From Trichoplax sp. H2 (lineage: Eukaryota), in contig NOWV01000124.1 in the NCBI GenBank assembly GCA_003344405.1, forward strand, positions 62,001 to 126,000: a DNA stretch of 64,000 nt. Reading direction: 5' to 3'. Made by a program: the position numbers and the translations under genes. Below, piece by piece: positions 1 to 13,266 of this stretch; the first letter of the stretch is position 1; each line of letters starts with the position of its first letter. The notes under the pieces are model-generated. The model worked only from the letters and a program-made list of their open reading frames with translations, ran no database searches and was not told the origin of the DNA.

Positions 1-62
1 GTATTTCCTAAGCAAAATGTTCTACTTTTCAAGCTCGCATTAAAATCATCCATAGAACGCAC

Positions 63-3000
63 CTCTCTTCCGAACAGTACTAAAATCTACTTTATCTTTT
101 AACCAGCTCTAGATTGTTACACATAAATATGTTTAAGTTAAATTTGAGTCAATATTTTGCGTCCAATCATAGCTACGAAAAATGTAATACAATACACTTA
201 ATGGACCAATTTGAACTTACAATCGGACCATAATCTCCTAAATAAACGTTAAATGTGCGTTTATAATCTTTCTCAAGTTCAGCTTCTGCTTTACCCTACA
301 CAATCATTAAGTTACATAAACTAAAAATTTGTGCTAAAACGCATGTAATACGTTGGATAATATTTTCAATACAAAAAATTTAGATTCTTATCTATTCACA
401 AGAGTGCTATTGATAGATCAAACATGATACCAGCCTAGTAGAATTATTCGCATGCGATTTTTTTGAATCAAATATTCGACAAATACTGGTCCTTGCTTTA
501 ATTATTTCCTTCACATGGAAATCACTCGTACTATTGTATCGATCTAAATAATACAAATTACGTGTGTTTTTCTTTCTAAAAGCATTTATTAAAAAATATT
601 ACCTCTTGCTGATAGTAAAACTGATAATCGAATTGTCTCGGATTTTTTTTGATATGTTGTAGAAAGTTCTTATATCGATGTTGAGGTTTATATGGTACGT
701 TTAGACTGCCTACGGCTCTAATATAATCCATTAATAATTAATAAACAATCTATAAGTCTAACTTTAATAACGAAGTTAGTAAAATAGTTCAGCGGCCAAC
801 TTACTCGACACGATCTGGAAAATGTAAAGCACAAAACCAAGCAATGATACTGCCTAAGTCGTGGCCAATTAATATCGCTTTGTGTATAAACTGTATATAA
901 TTTTAATAAATTATGTTAGATCAAGATCGAAAGAATTTCTAACTTGAATCAATTAAATTTCTAAGCAAAAATTTCAGCGTCGACGATAAATTATTATTTT
1001 ATTTCATGCTTATAAGGCGTATAAGTATTTATTCTGTTCTAGTTTTACCAACGAATCCATGGTATCAATGACATCCTGTGCAAGAAAGAAGTATACAATC
1101 TGCTAAGTTGGCAACAATCTTTAACATGATTACGTTTCTAGAATGATTATGACGCTAGTGCATATTGTTGCATTCGATTTGCGTCTGTTATGTTGCAGAA
1201 ATACCACTAATATACTAGTATGTACTTGCCTGCACAATTTTATCTGCGGTATAGTCTTCAATATCTAATTTACAAACGATAATTCACCAGATCATAAATA
1301 ATTATAAACTAGAAATGTATGATGTCAGTTTTAAATAATCTGAAATATTTATTCAGGCTTGGTATTTTCTTTCTTGCATTAGAAAGTATTTTAAAGGCAA
1401 TCAATGAGTTCTATTCACTAGCATTTGTGGGTCACTACCTGGTGGACAACTAGATTGACCAAATCCTCGTAAATCAAGGGCAATAGCTCGATAGCCTAGC
1501 TTGGCAAGATAGGGAATCTACAGTAAAATAACTCATAACAGTTAATGATGGCTGCTAATTATATAATTTAATATTATTTAAACAACACCATTAAAAAGAA
1601 TGTCTTTTAAAACTCTCTATTAAATAAGTAAATAAATATACCAAAATAGTGATAGCGAGTTACTTTTAAGCTAAGCCATATTTATACTTAGCAATATCAG
1701 TTTGATGCTGCTTAAATTTCTTGATATTAAATAGCAATATTAACTTAAAACAGTATGAATTCTAAATTACTACACCGTTATAATAGCAAATTAACAGCCA
1801 TATGATGAATTCTATCTTGCCTGATATCTCCAGCTATACCAATAATGTGGAAAGCCATGGCATAAAATAATCGGAGGACCATTCCCTTTTTCTACAAATT
1901 TAATTTTTATTCCGCTCTGACAATCGTCCATAAGGGAGAAGGTTCATTTCAGTAGAGTAACAAGACGTTAACAAATATTTAGCTTGTTGTTAGCAGTTGG
2001 ATCTAAAGCGATTACGCATGGCATAAATATTTATTAATCATGCTATTTAAGTAAGTTAAGCAAAACCTTGGTGACAACTTGGCCATGGATAACATTATTT
2101 TCAGTAGCTGCAGGAGGTCTAGGTATCGTTTTGAGCTGTAATATTTTGATACGCATATTACAACCAGCAATTAATCTTGTAGGATAGCTTAATTTTCGTT
2201 ATGAGCTACATCGACTTAATACTATCAAGTATTTACATTGACTTGAAAGATATTCTCTAATTTTTGTATGATTGTTGGCTGATCAACTGCCAATATTGCT
2301 GTTATTCCTATACTTTGGGCTGCTGCTGCGTAGGCCTCAACCGCTTCAATTGAGATTGCCTGTAGATGAAAAATTTTTACACGTGAAGTGAGATACTAAT
2401 GTTGTTTAGATTGGTACTGCTAAATCTATGAACAAAGGTAGATATCAGGGGATATTTGATCTCTTATTATATTAATTATTAGAAGAGGAATAAGCATTGC
2501 ACACACATACGCACCTCTTCTGGCTTAAATCCCATCTGGTCGAGTGCATAGTGGTAGATTTGTGTATCTGGTCTGACTAATTGAATTTGATTTGATTCGT
2601 AAAAGTAATCAAAATTTGATTTAATAAATAACTTCATCCTTGCAGAGGATTCAGTAGAATGGTAATCATTAATCCAAGTGTTGGCTAGCAGGCATGTCTT
2701 ATATCCTATTGAATAAATTAAAGTAGATCGTGAACGTAATCAAGAAATTATCGCCTAATATATTTATTCGTGCTAAGTTAGCATAATAAGCAGTTATAGA
2801 TAAATCGACCTAAATTTCTTAGTCGTTGCAAACTTCGAAGCAGAAAAATGTTGACTTTTAAATCGTTTATTGATGACAGAAACTCATCAATGACATTGCT
2901 AAGAACAATTGCAGGCATTTTATTAGCTTTAGCAGCTTGAAAAACTTGCTCTTTAAGTAACGGTATCATCTAGTAATGAAGAAGCCTATCGTTAGCCAAA

Positions 3001-4279
3001 TGAAATCCTTAATAAATTCATGGGTCTTTAGCATCATTTAGGATGATTATTTCATCCCTGGTAATTAATTTACCTCAGATAATGTTACTTTTCCTAATAG
3101 CATTTTGGATGAAGGTTTATCTGGATCATCTCGTTTAAGAAGGTTAATTAAAAAACCTCTGTTTACATAAATCAAAAAAGATTAGAACATTAATACATCT
3201 CAACCGATTTAGTCTAGTAAATGTCAACAACAGTTGATATAATACGAGTATAACAATTTTAATTTCGCTAACGTTTACCCTTAGCAGCTGTGTGATAGAT
3301 TATACTAGTGTGGCATTATTCTAATCTAATTTACAAATCATCGACAATATTCTAAATAGACTTTTGGTTTTCGTTTTAACAGAAATTGGCCAAAGATCAT
3401 TGCTTTACATAGACATGACGATCGTTGTTATAGCTCAAATGCACACTAGTGTTGATTTTTAAAATTGTGCGGCTTGGACTTTTAACTCATAACGAGAACC
3501 AACCTTAATAATTCTCCTACTATATGTATTTCAAAGCTAGAAGTTGTTCTATTTTAAATTTATATTGTTATAAATAATTAAACGATATTTTAAAATCTTT
3601 AGGCGTGTATCGTGTCTTTGCAGCCTAAACTGACAATTTTGCCATTGAGGACCAAAGTATAGAGATCTATCCTAAATAGTTATTCTGTAGCTTAATCAAA
3701 TACGCTTTAATAGTATTAACTACTCGTTTCTTAAAGACCTCAAAGACTTTTTAATAGATCTCTGCTATATCTCATGCCAGTATCGTTTATGTCGTTACTA
3801 AGGTTTCTGTATTTGCTCTTGGATAGTATCTACAAAGTAGCTTAGACTTTCGCAATACAATTTTCTATTATATTATATTATTATATCTGACTTAATCTTT
3901 TATTTTAACAGTACTAGATCAACTGTTATTATAAATCCTATACTCTCTATGCTTACAAGGACAAATTTGGTAGATTTAAATCCTATTTTGTTGTCTATTT
4001 ACTTTGACGTACTGGGAATGGGCAAAGCGTACACTTGTATGCGTGATGATTTTTACCTTGGTACGCCATAGTCCCATTCCGTTTTAGCTAGCTTATAAAG
4101 CACAGGAGTACTCATCACTCCAAAGTATTCACATATAACGACTTTATATCGGCTAAAATTCAAACAAAAGTTCGATTTTTTCACTCTGCAAATCCCATCA
4201 TCCGCTATTTATTAAGACAGCAAGGCTAATAGGAATGGTTAGTATCAATATTTCTGCTTTAGACTTACCTATTTCTCAT
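63..4279 (-). CDS. EPHX2: Soluble epoxide hydrolase 2-like protein (N-terminal HAD-like domain + alpha/beta-hydrolase); spliced, 3' part beyond the window start
   Basis: Hand-spliced in-frame exons (-): 4279-4269, 4152-4057, 3158-3074, 2969-2810, 2705-2515, 2359-2237, 2135-2067, 1916-1821, 1517-1439, 1264-1230, 1075-1049, 890-805, 717-603, 295-221, 108-63. All acceptors are AG and donors are GT (two are GC). The translation includes GKVTLSE-MIPLL, GYKTCLLANTWIND, LCHGFPHYWYSWRYQ, GYRAIALDLRGFGQSS, IGHDLGS, FDYQFYYQ and GKAEAELE, collinear with mammalian sEH. Confidence 0.93.
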
Positions 4280-5436
4280 CTTTCTTTAAGGTTATATACT
4301 TTGATATACAGGTGTAAATTTGACGTAAACTTATCGTACATCAACTGCAACGCTAGCAAGATTGGCGGTAAAAACGAACAATTGTAATAATCGTAAGTTA
4401 AAAATAAATCGAAATCTGTACAAGCGAAATTTTAAAATGATTTAACTTATTATTACTATCAGCGACTGATTTAATAACTGCTGCACTGAAGCTTATTTAA
4501 AAGTTATATAGCATCTATTCTTTTTATAAAGAAGAAGTTTTCATCACGTCGTCAACTAATTTAGGCTACTAGTGTCACATTCGGGGATAAGCTAAATCTC
4601 GCCAAAGTTGAAGCATTTTTATGTGCGGTATAAAATTCAACTAAATCAGACGAGGGTAAAGTTTTGGATATAGATTCAAGACAAGTTGGTTAACTTTGGT
4701 CTCCATAGTAATCTATTCTTTAATTCATGCCATATGAATATTTTATCCAAATAGATGCAACCAAGTTATTCAGTAAAATAATATAAAATGTTTTTATTCG
4801 TCATTTTATAAGAGCTACAGTAGTTGGAAAAGCTCATCAATTATATCGAAGCTGAAGTTATTAACTCGTAGAAAAGTCATTACTTACTGGATAGGATAGG
4901 CTTGCATTGCATTTGAATTCAGATTTTGCTTATTAAACCGTGCTTTAAAATTTTACATCACAATATCAAATTTGCTGGAACTCGTGATAGCCGATCATGC
5001 AAGAAAGGGTAAACAATTGTGCGAGTAGATATAGATTTCAATCATTTTCGGCGAATGCCAACTTCACCTTGATGCTGATTTCCGATTGCATTGGAATTAT
5101 CATAACTATGTTAATTTATAAATGCAATTCTTGCGATTGGTCACTGCAGGGAAAAAATTATGACATCGATTATTAATATCAATATTGACATAAAGATAAA
5201 AATGAAGTCAGAATGATGAATTCTGTCGTTTCCTATCATTATTCTTTATATTGATTTATATCATCAATAAATCTTTGTAATATCCCTATTTAAGAGTATA
5301 ATTTATAATCATAACTCATTAAAATCTTTCTATCTAATTGATTACTTTGATAAGATTGCCTTGCATTTCATATGAAGCATACTCAATACAAAAAGTTGTC
5401 TTCGTTCACTACGGCACTAGCTAATAGTGTTGGGTG

Positions 5437-5455
5437 AATCCCACCGCTGCCACCA
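5437..5455 (-). other. Retrotransposon primer-binding site complementary to tRNA-Leu 3' end
   Basis: Minus strand reads TGGTGGCAGCGGTGGGATT, the complement of the tRNA-Leu 3' end ...AATCCCACCGCTGCCA-CCA including CCA. It lies 4 nt from an LTR end (TGTCAC at 5460). Confidence 0.85.
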
Positions 5456-5459
5456 ATTA

Positions 5460-5934
5460 TGTCACAACTGAGATTGCAACACAAAAATTAACGGGATTCT
5501 ATCCTCTAAAGTAGTCTTAACTATCTAAGCAACTAACTCTAAGCACTCTTTAATTTACCAAACTTAGGTTCGAGTCTTAGACGATAAAATACTCACGCTA
5601 AAAATCAAAACTTTACTCTAAAAGCTATTTATTAAAATGAACGATTGAACTCACAACTTACAATCTCCTACTAACCACTGATAACCGTCTGTTATCGACT
5701 AACTTATCTACTCCCTTAATTAAGAACTTTGAGGCTTTTATATAGACTCACAAACTTCGTTGGTGTAAAACAATAATAAATTTATAGCCAAGTCTACATG
5801 CTGAATATAGCAAGAATCACAACACACTTTCTATGGCATTTCATAGTAGTTAATTAATGGCTAGGTGTTAACATATGATTCATTACTCAACAAAATTATA
5901 TCATTGATGATGCAATAATTAGTTAATTGTCACA
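5460..5934 (-). mobile_element. 5' LTR remnant of an LTR retrotransposon (tRNA-Leu primed)
   Basis: TGTCAC...GTCACA ends; minus-strand TATA (~5740) followed by AATAAA (~5630); adjacent PBS. Right boundary is approximate. Confidence 0.65.
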
Positions 5935-6170
5935 TACAGCTTTTAAGTAAGTAAAATTTCGCGTAGCTTCTCGATGATCAAGTATTTATTCAATGTTATT
6001 GAAGATTACCTGCAGACATAACACTGTTCATGAAACTTGTAAGGAATAAGCTACCCCCAAGTCAGTCTTGCGATTTTCTATCTGGCAATAGTTTCTCCAA
6101 AAATAATTTACTAGCTTTCAAGAGGTAATGCATGTAAGATAAAGAATTTAAAGCGTGATAATCAACATAA

Positions 6171-6892
6171 TGTAATAAAATTTTTTATATTTAATATGTT
6201 ATCGCATTTGGTAGGAGCAAAGTAGTTCTGTACATAATTGTGATATATACCAATCACGAGATTCCAAATTTTAGAAAAATAAGGGCTTTGTTGAATCTTA
6301 TACAAAGATTAACTACTCACAGCTCTACTCTAGCCCAATACTACTTCTAAAGACTTCTACAACGAACTAACAGAATAATCTAAAGTTGCATGCTTTTATA
6401 CTTTTAGTAGCATTCGCAGCTACAATCCGCATGGCAACCTTTTACATTATTTTAGACATAGTAAATTATTCTTAGTAACACAATTCTACTTGTATTGTCA
6501 TTTTGCATACGGTCACGTTCATATAGTCATCTGTACTCTAGCATAGAGTCTATACCACTATAGACTATAGTTATGGCTACCAAATATCTCTTAGAATAAA
6601 TATCTACGGTACATTATACTAAACATGGCTAACAGTCTACAATCACAATACTAAGCTACATTACACATATATACAACGGTATTTTATTATTGCACAGTAT
6701 CTTTATTCTTGCAGATAATAAATTAGGGAATCATTTATTACATATTCAAATCGAGACTTAAAATATCAAGAAAAATCTTTACTTTCTTTTGATAGCAAAT
6801 GAATATCATAATTTATTATGCAATTGTGATAAAATGATCTTCAAAACAATAAATCAGGAACTACAGTTTCTTACAAATTTCACTTTATTACA
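6171..6892 (+). mobile_element. 5' LTR remnant (tRNA-Ser primed), interrupted by a family B element
   Basis: 9-bp terminal inverted repeat TGTAATAAA (6171) / TTTATTACA (6892); AATAAA at 6848; PBS at 6895. Confidence 0.6.
6239..6665 (-). mobile_element. Solo LTR-like repeat, family B copy 1
   Basis: TGTGAT...ATTACA ends; highly similar to 55741-56212 and related to ~16076-17097. Confidence 0.8.
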
Positions 6893-6894
6893 TT

Positions 6895-6912
6895 TGGCGC
6901 TGCGAGTAGAAT
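6895..6912 (+). other. Primer-binding site complementary to tRNA-Ser 3' end
   Basis: TGGCGCTGCGAGTAGAAT, 2 nt after the LTR-like end ...TTATTACA; resembles the complement of the tRNA-Ser(CGA) 3' end (TGGCGCTGTGAGCAGGAT). Confidence 0.7.
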
Positions 6913-7165
6913 GACTAAGAAGATGGCAACCGCAATGACAAGTATTAGCGAGTAATGCTTGAAGATCTCCCAGATGAAGCTGGAAGAATTAAAAGAAGAA
7001 GCTAGAAGGCTAAACGTTGACATCTCGAATTTAAAGAAGAAAGAGGAAATTAGCTTGAAGCTAATGGAAAGAATCCTTCAAGAGAAACCGCAAAGAACAG
7101 CCCAGAGAATCATCCTTTTCTCAGGCTGTAGAAATGCTAACCCAAGCATTAGGCCGAATTGCTAG
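6911..7165 (+). pseudogene. Decayed gag-like ORF start with a SAP/HeH-like helical segment
   Basis: In-frame ATGs at 6911/6923 directly after the PBS, one internal TAA, then LKISQMKLEELKEEARRLNVDISNLKKKEEISLKLMERI. Confidence 0.5.
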
Positions 7166-10100
7166 GCCATCAGAACCAAGGACTATCTGACTATCTGACA
7201 ATCTTACACTCTAGCTTACAAGTTAAGTTATTCTCATACAGTCTTATAATAGTAATCTAAGCTATATTTGGGGTTGCACTACAGCAATTAAATATTAAGA
7301 ATATCGCAATAAGGTATCTTGCAAGGATAGAAGATTAAGAGTAACAAAGTTGAGAGTTACGAAATTGATGTTAGATTAAATTCATTCAGTAACTTAGCTA
7401 AAGGATGAATAAGACGAGATTCTACTGCTGCTCTAATCTAATGACTTATTTATAGAGTCAATGGAAAGTGATTGATTGCTTCGCGAATTGATGCGCTCCT
7501 CAAAACTATTATCAAATTACTTTAATTCATTATAATTGAGCTATAAACAAAAGTTTAAAGATTTTTATTAAGTTACAAAATCTCTAACTCAAGATCTTCT
7601 CTGATGAATATCATAATAAAAGTTATTCTATTATTTTAAAAATTTCTGAACGGTTTCAGCAGATAATGAAATTTATCACTTAAACAGCAGGTGCTATACG
7701 CTAGAGTAAATTGCGTTTGGGAGACTTGCATATATTGGTAGCCTATAAATAATTCATTTGCTAATTGTTACCTAGAAAAGTATTTACCATTTCTTAAGCA
7801 ATTATTTCCAGTAATTTTATAGTATAGAAATAAAAGTAGTAAGCATGTTGTTGCTAGGTGTTTTCTTAATTACTGAAGTTCATTTAAGCAAGATATGTAT
7901 CTTTAACTAGTCTACAAAAGTAAATCCAACGTAATTTGATGTCTAATACCGGTACGTTTGATCTTCTATAACTTCTCTTAAAGGATATTTAAGATATTCA
8001 GCTACTTCATCTATAAAATCTTTGAATGCAATGGTAGTACAAACTATAGCAACTCGAAAGAATTTCAAAAAACGCATGATTTAAGAAAAAGATCAGTAGC
8101 TGTAGGAATGAGAATATCAAAAGAAAGCCATCCAATTTGGACATAATTATAAACTTAACATACGATTCAGATTATAATTGCATCCTTTAAGTGGCTAGAT
8201 GCTTGAAATTTTAACCATACAAATGAAGAAAAAAGCAATATGATATCGATTTTTTCTCTTATTTTCTTCCTTATGGTCTACATTTAGTCGCCTATATAAC
8301 AAAGTTTTTCTTATACTTGCAAAGGCGAGCTTATGTATTATTAAAAATAAAGATGGCACAAAATAATGAAATAAGAACGATATTCTTTTTATTATTTGAA
8401 TCTACAGTCATGTTATTAAGTCTACTAGATAGAAGAGAGCTCTTCTCAGCATTTTTTCAAATGAATATATCGATAATAATGATTAAAAATGGAATGAAAG
8501 AAATTAAAACTTAAAATATTCCTATGATTATCCTGCTGAGTAAACTATAAACGGTGACGGTTTTAGAGATTATAAAAGAATATTCAGTATCTATTGCGCT
8601 AAATCTTATAACAGAAATAATATAGACAGTAGCAACAATCATGATAAACGTTTTAAAAATTGAAGCTATCATAATTTAACACTAAATTAAGATAAAATAA
8701 ACTATACTGAAAAGTAAAGAAAGCATAAATATGAAATCAGCCATTAAGTAAGCGATCGGGAAATAAGTAATTTTTTTTTAACACTGAAATTTAGAGAAGA
8801 AAATAAAATCGAAAATACCTGAAGTCCGTAAATAAAAAGCATTAATGATCAGATAATCATTTTCAATTAAAGCGTACAAGAAAAGAATAAGCCAATTCGA
8901 AACTATCCATCCCTTTCGAACCGGTCATGCTGGCAGAGTGTTGGACCGTAAGTGATTTGGATCGAATAAAATAGCAAGTTTTCACTTATGTACTCTTAGA
9001 CTCTGCTATCCGTTCCGCTACGACACTTGTAATTATCTGACTTGGTAAAGAAATTTAATTTATATAGAATGTAAACTAATTTATTCAATGGCAGTTAGGC
9101 TACTCTAAAGTTATAATCTATTTTTGGACGGCTTTATACAGAATATAACATACTGGTATCTTAAAACAACAAACCTACAAAGGATAAATCCCACAATGGT
9201 ATCTGTTTTGCACATCGAAAGTTACAGTCACTTTGCATAACACGTATCCAAGGCACCGAATTATTGGTAAAAAGCCTAGGCAGCTGAAAATAGAGCCCAT
9301 GGATAGGTATTAAAAGTGCAAAAGATAAATAATCTGTCATATAATCCTGCTATTAATTATCGGCAAAATGAAATGGTCTTGTATTGAAACATCAAGGTAT
9401 TGCCGGCCTCCATTCGAAATGTCGCGACTGCGAGACTATTGTAGTCACTAGCCAATAAATATTTACGAGAAATGATAGAATATAAAAAAATGCCAAAAAA
9501 ATATTTTGACTCTAAATTAGTGCCTAATAAGCGACGGAATGTAGATCCGACGCATAATTTATCGTTAATATTGTTCTAATGGTATATGAAATGAAAATTT
9601 TAATGTTTAATTTACAGATTGTCTCAACCAAACTAGCAAATCTTTAAAGTCAAAAGATCTCAAGGCAAAAATACTAAAAAGTTTAGAGCCAAATATCCTT
9701 AATCCAATTAATAAAAAATAACATTTTTAAAAACATCTAATATTAATATAATTGAATTATTATGCACTTAATTAAAGGTATCTCCTGCTCTATTAACATT
9801 ACTATACACTTTTACAAGCAGTAATTATGCTGTAATTAAAATTGGTATAATAAAATTATTCAAATATACTTGACATTATCAAAGTAGTTTATAATGAAAT
9901 AATCCAATTATGAATTAAAAAGGATTGCAGATGCAATATTAAGATAGCGTTTTAATTCCAAGTTCTGTATGATACTGCAACAAACGAGACATGTTCTAGC
10001 TGATTATTAAATAGCTAAAAATAGATTCTCACATAAATTGCTTAAAATAGTACTAAAATAATTGAAAGTAGCTACGAATATATTTACCAAGAGAAAAGCA

Positions 10101-10353
10101 TGAAACACTAAAATAAATCTCCATACAGTACATTTTTCTAAAAACTAAAACATCGCTTACAAATAGCAGCAATGCCATCAATACTTTAATTTATTCTACG
10201 TTCCATTGATAAATATGATACATACAATCTTTTTCATTGTAATACTGTACATGGAAGATATGATGATATATGATCTTAAAAATTGCTAACAAAACCATAT
10301 GGAAGATTTATTAAAATTAGCATTGATACTTTCATGCAAAATAACTTAATGTT

Positions 10354-11311
10354 CTATAAAAATGGAATTCGTTTAAACATTAGTTTAACCTTGAAAGTTA
10401 TCTTTTTACTAAATTTCATATAAATAATGGAATTAAGAATAGCGACATTTGAAATCAAGTATAAAGATAACATGCCTATAAAAAACAAGGTCGGATTTTC
10501 CTTATTGACATCCGGCAACGATTTGCCTGATATAGCCTGTCCTATATGATAAGCACAATATGGCTGAATGTTGGCAATGCTAAAAGCGGACGCACAAATT
10601 AAAGTTGTAATGTACTTTCGCCAGTTATTCTTCGTAATTATCTGATTATCAGTAAGTTGTTCAGGTCGTGTATAATTACGAAGGTGAATAAAAATCCTCC
10701 AGTAAAAATATTCCATTAAGAAAGACGGAAGAACAACACGAAACATTGATAAGATAATCATACGAACCGAAATAGATGGTGTAACTTTAGGCAAAACACA
10801 CTCGTTGATCCAAGTTTGAGGTTTCTATCTCTACTCTCAAAGGTAAAACTAATCCAAATGATATTACAGTTATAAACATCTCGCTACTGAGAATAACACC
10901 ATTTTTACGAATGCGATAGAATTGCATCAGTGGTTTAAGTATCGCAAAGTAGCGATCGATCGCGATCAAAGCCAAGTTCATGAAAGTGATTCTATTTGAA
11001 GTGAAAACGACCGATATGACAGCTTTACAAGCAAAAGAATGCTGTTCAGCATTTATAAAATTCGTTAACAATACAATGTAACCAATAGCAATTAAAGCAT
11101 TTGAAAAAGCATTAGAGAAAGAGCAAACGAGTATAAGGTTGTATGTCACTTTTCGAAAAGATCTATCAGATATTAAAATATACGATAAGAGACCATTGGT
11201 AATACAGCCAATTACTCTTAGAATAGTTTTAATTTTATCAATAATAATAAATAGCTCATCATTTTATCTTTCTGATCGATTACCGGTACTATTTATCATA
11301 CCAGTAGACAT
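10354..11311 (-). pseudogene. Orphan rhodopsin-class GPCR pseudogene (paralog 1)
   Basis: ATG at 11311 (MSTGMINSTGNRS), TAA at codon 16, MNLALIAIDRY motif, frameshift near 10790, YWRI..HLRNYTRPEQ, degenerate TM7 (LNSIIYMKF). Confidence 0.85.
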
Positions 11312-12492
11312 AGGCAGTAGTGTTAAAGCCGAAAATATCAATCAAAAATTGATAAACTTTTAAAACTCTTGATGCATACCGCTCTAGGTCAATTAAGGTC
11401 TAAACAACAACAATGAAATAAAATAACACCGATCAAGTTTCTCTCAATTAATCCATATAAGGAAGCTAAAATATTTTTTAACTTCGTTTAATTCACTCTC
11501 TATAGCGAACAATAAGCAAAATTTTTCCATGCAACTAGTTAGCAAACAACGTTTTGAACATATTCCGCTAAAACTGTTTCTTTCGCTATTATTTCCATAT
11601 CCTTCAAAAATAAGCCTACGCTATTTTAAAGGTCTAATTATAAATATTCATATCAGAAATGCATTTCCAGTATAATTCATTTCTCAGCAAGTTTCGTTTA
11701 TAGCTAGACTGAAGATACATAGTCTGCAATAATTAGTATATAATATATTGTTATAAACCAATACGCGTAATAAAGTAAAGTTTGCATAAATTTCACAGAT
11801 CCTATAGCATTTGGGATATTCACCAGACTAATTAGCCAATATCGGCTCGGCAAAGTTTTTGAAAACATTGGTTTAGTTTAGAAATCTAGCAAATAGTAAA
11901 AGAATAAGGAAGATAAATACCAGGGAAGAATTACAGATATCGAGATAGATCTTTATTTAATAGCCAATTGTAAATTACTTAAGCTTTTTCTGCAGTACGA
12001 TTGCTTTTTCCACGCTTTAAAACTCTTAGTACAAATCTTTACATTAATTATAAATAAACTTTTACTTTCTCAATTAAAGCTGCTGAAGTTCGAAAAATTT
12101 ACCATAAATAAAGATAGAGTTCCTTCTTTTAATTAATTTTTTTAACTTATTCTAGTGACGTATTCGAATATGTTCAAAATTTCAATAGAAAACCCTAGAA
12201 GTAATATTTGAAAATTAAGCAAGATTTATTTTCAAATAGAGAAATAACGTAATGTACGTTAATTTCACATTTGGTATTTATTGCTGTTGTAATGACTAAC
12301 ATTAATATTAATTATCAATATTCAGATTCAGTTCTTTATATAGTGTAATTCATTTAAATTAGTAATATTTATATGAATGAGAATATATAAAGTTGATAAT
12401 ATTTACGGCTATACAGGCTATGGTAGGAGAAAGGGGAGCTAGCTTAGAGTTTTGACTAGATTTGGACTCGTTCCTCGCTGGTAATATACCTG

Positions 12493-13122
12493 TGTGACAG
12501 TGTTATATACTATATTACAGTAGAAATATCTATGTTAGGATAATTCTGTTAGCCTATCCTTATTTAGTTAACTTCTAATTTGGATATACTGTGTTTTAAT
12601 ATAGCACTGACTTTTTATGACAGTGACACATATACACATACTGAAATTAATAGTTATAATAGGGAATGCAAATCATCTACTTACAGTTCCAATCATTGTG
12701 ATTGTAATTTACTTACGGTAGATTATAAATTATCGTAGAAATGTTTCGTGATAGAACATATCGTGATCTGACTATTCTGTATTAGTCATTACATGTCTAT
12801 GTTCGTAAATACTGTTGTCTACATTAAGGGAGCAGTAGCTAAACTTAATATCTAATTCAGTTAATGATTCCAATGTTAATCGTATTAACTATGACTCATG
12901 AACTATTGAGGAATAGCATATAAATGCAGTAAATCGTGTAATAAAATGGATTCTTAAACTTAGTGTTTAACGTAAAATACGAGGCGTTTAAGTCTTCGTG
13001 TAGTCTGCTAGTAGAGCAAAAGTGTTTGTGATAGTGCAGATATCGTTCCTTGATACGTGGCTCAAGGAACTGGCTTATTGATCGCATATTACGTTATCTT
13101 GTTGCAAAGCTGTTTTGTGACA
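12493..13122 (+). mobile_element. Solo LTR-like repeat, family A copy 1
   Basis: TGTGAC...GTGACA ends; TATAAA followed by AATAAA (~12918-12945); similar to 16602-17056, 46905-47438 and (inverted) 58038-58607. Confidence 0.8.
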
Positions 13123-13266
13123 ATCGGCTTTAGTGTAATTTTATCTTTAGCTACTTATTGATGACTTCTAATTTTAACTTAGGAAATTGAATATTTTAAC
13201 GTATCTACTAGCCTGGTCTTTATTAATTACTATATCTCAACAATGTGTTACGATTTTTAAGCTACA

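Noticed and set aside
2778-2969. 63-aa standalone ORF
   Set aside because: It is an internal EPHX2 exon (2969-2810) read through into the intron.
5436-5455. tRNA-Leu gene
   Set aside because: Only the 3' 20 nt with encoded CCA is present, with no cloverleaf; better explained as a PBS.
12424-12438. Polypurine tract AGGAGAAAGGGGAG
   Set aside because: About 55 bp from the nearest LTR start, not adjacent to it.
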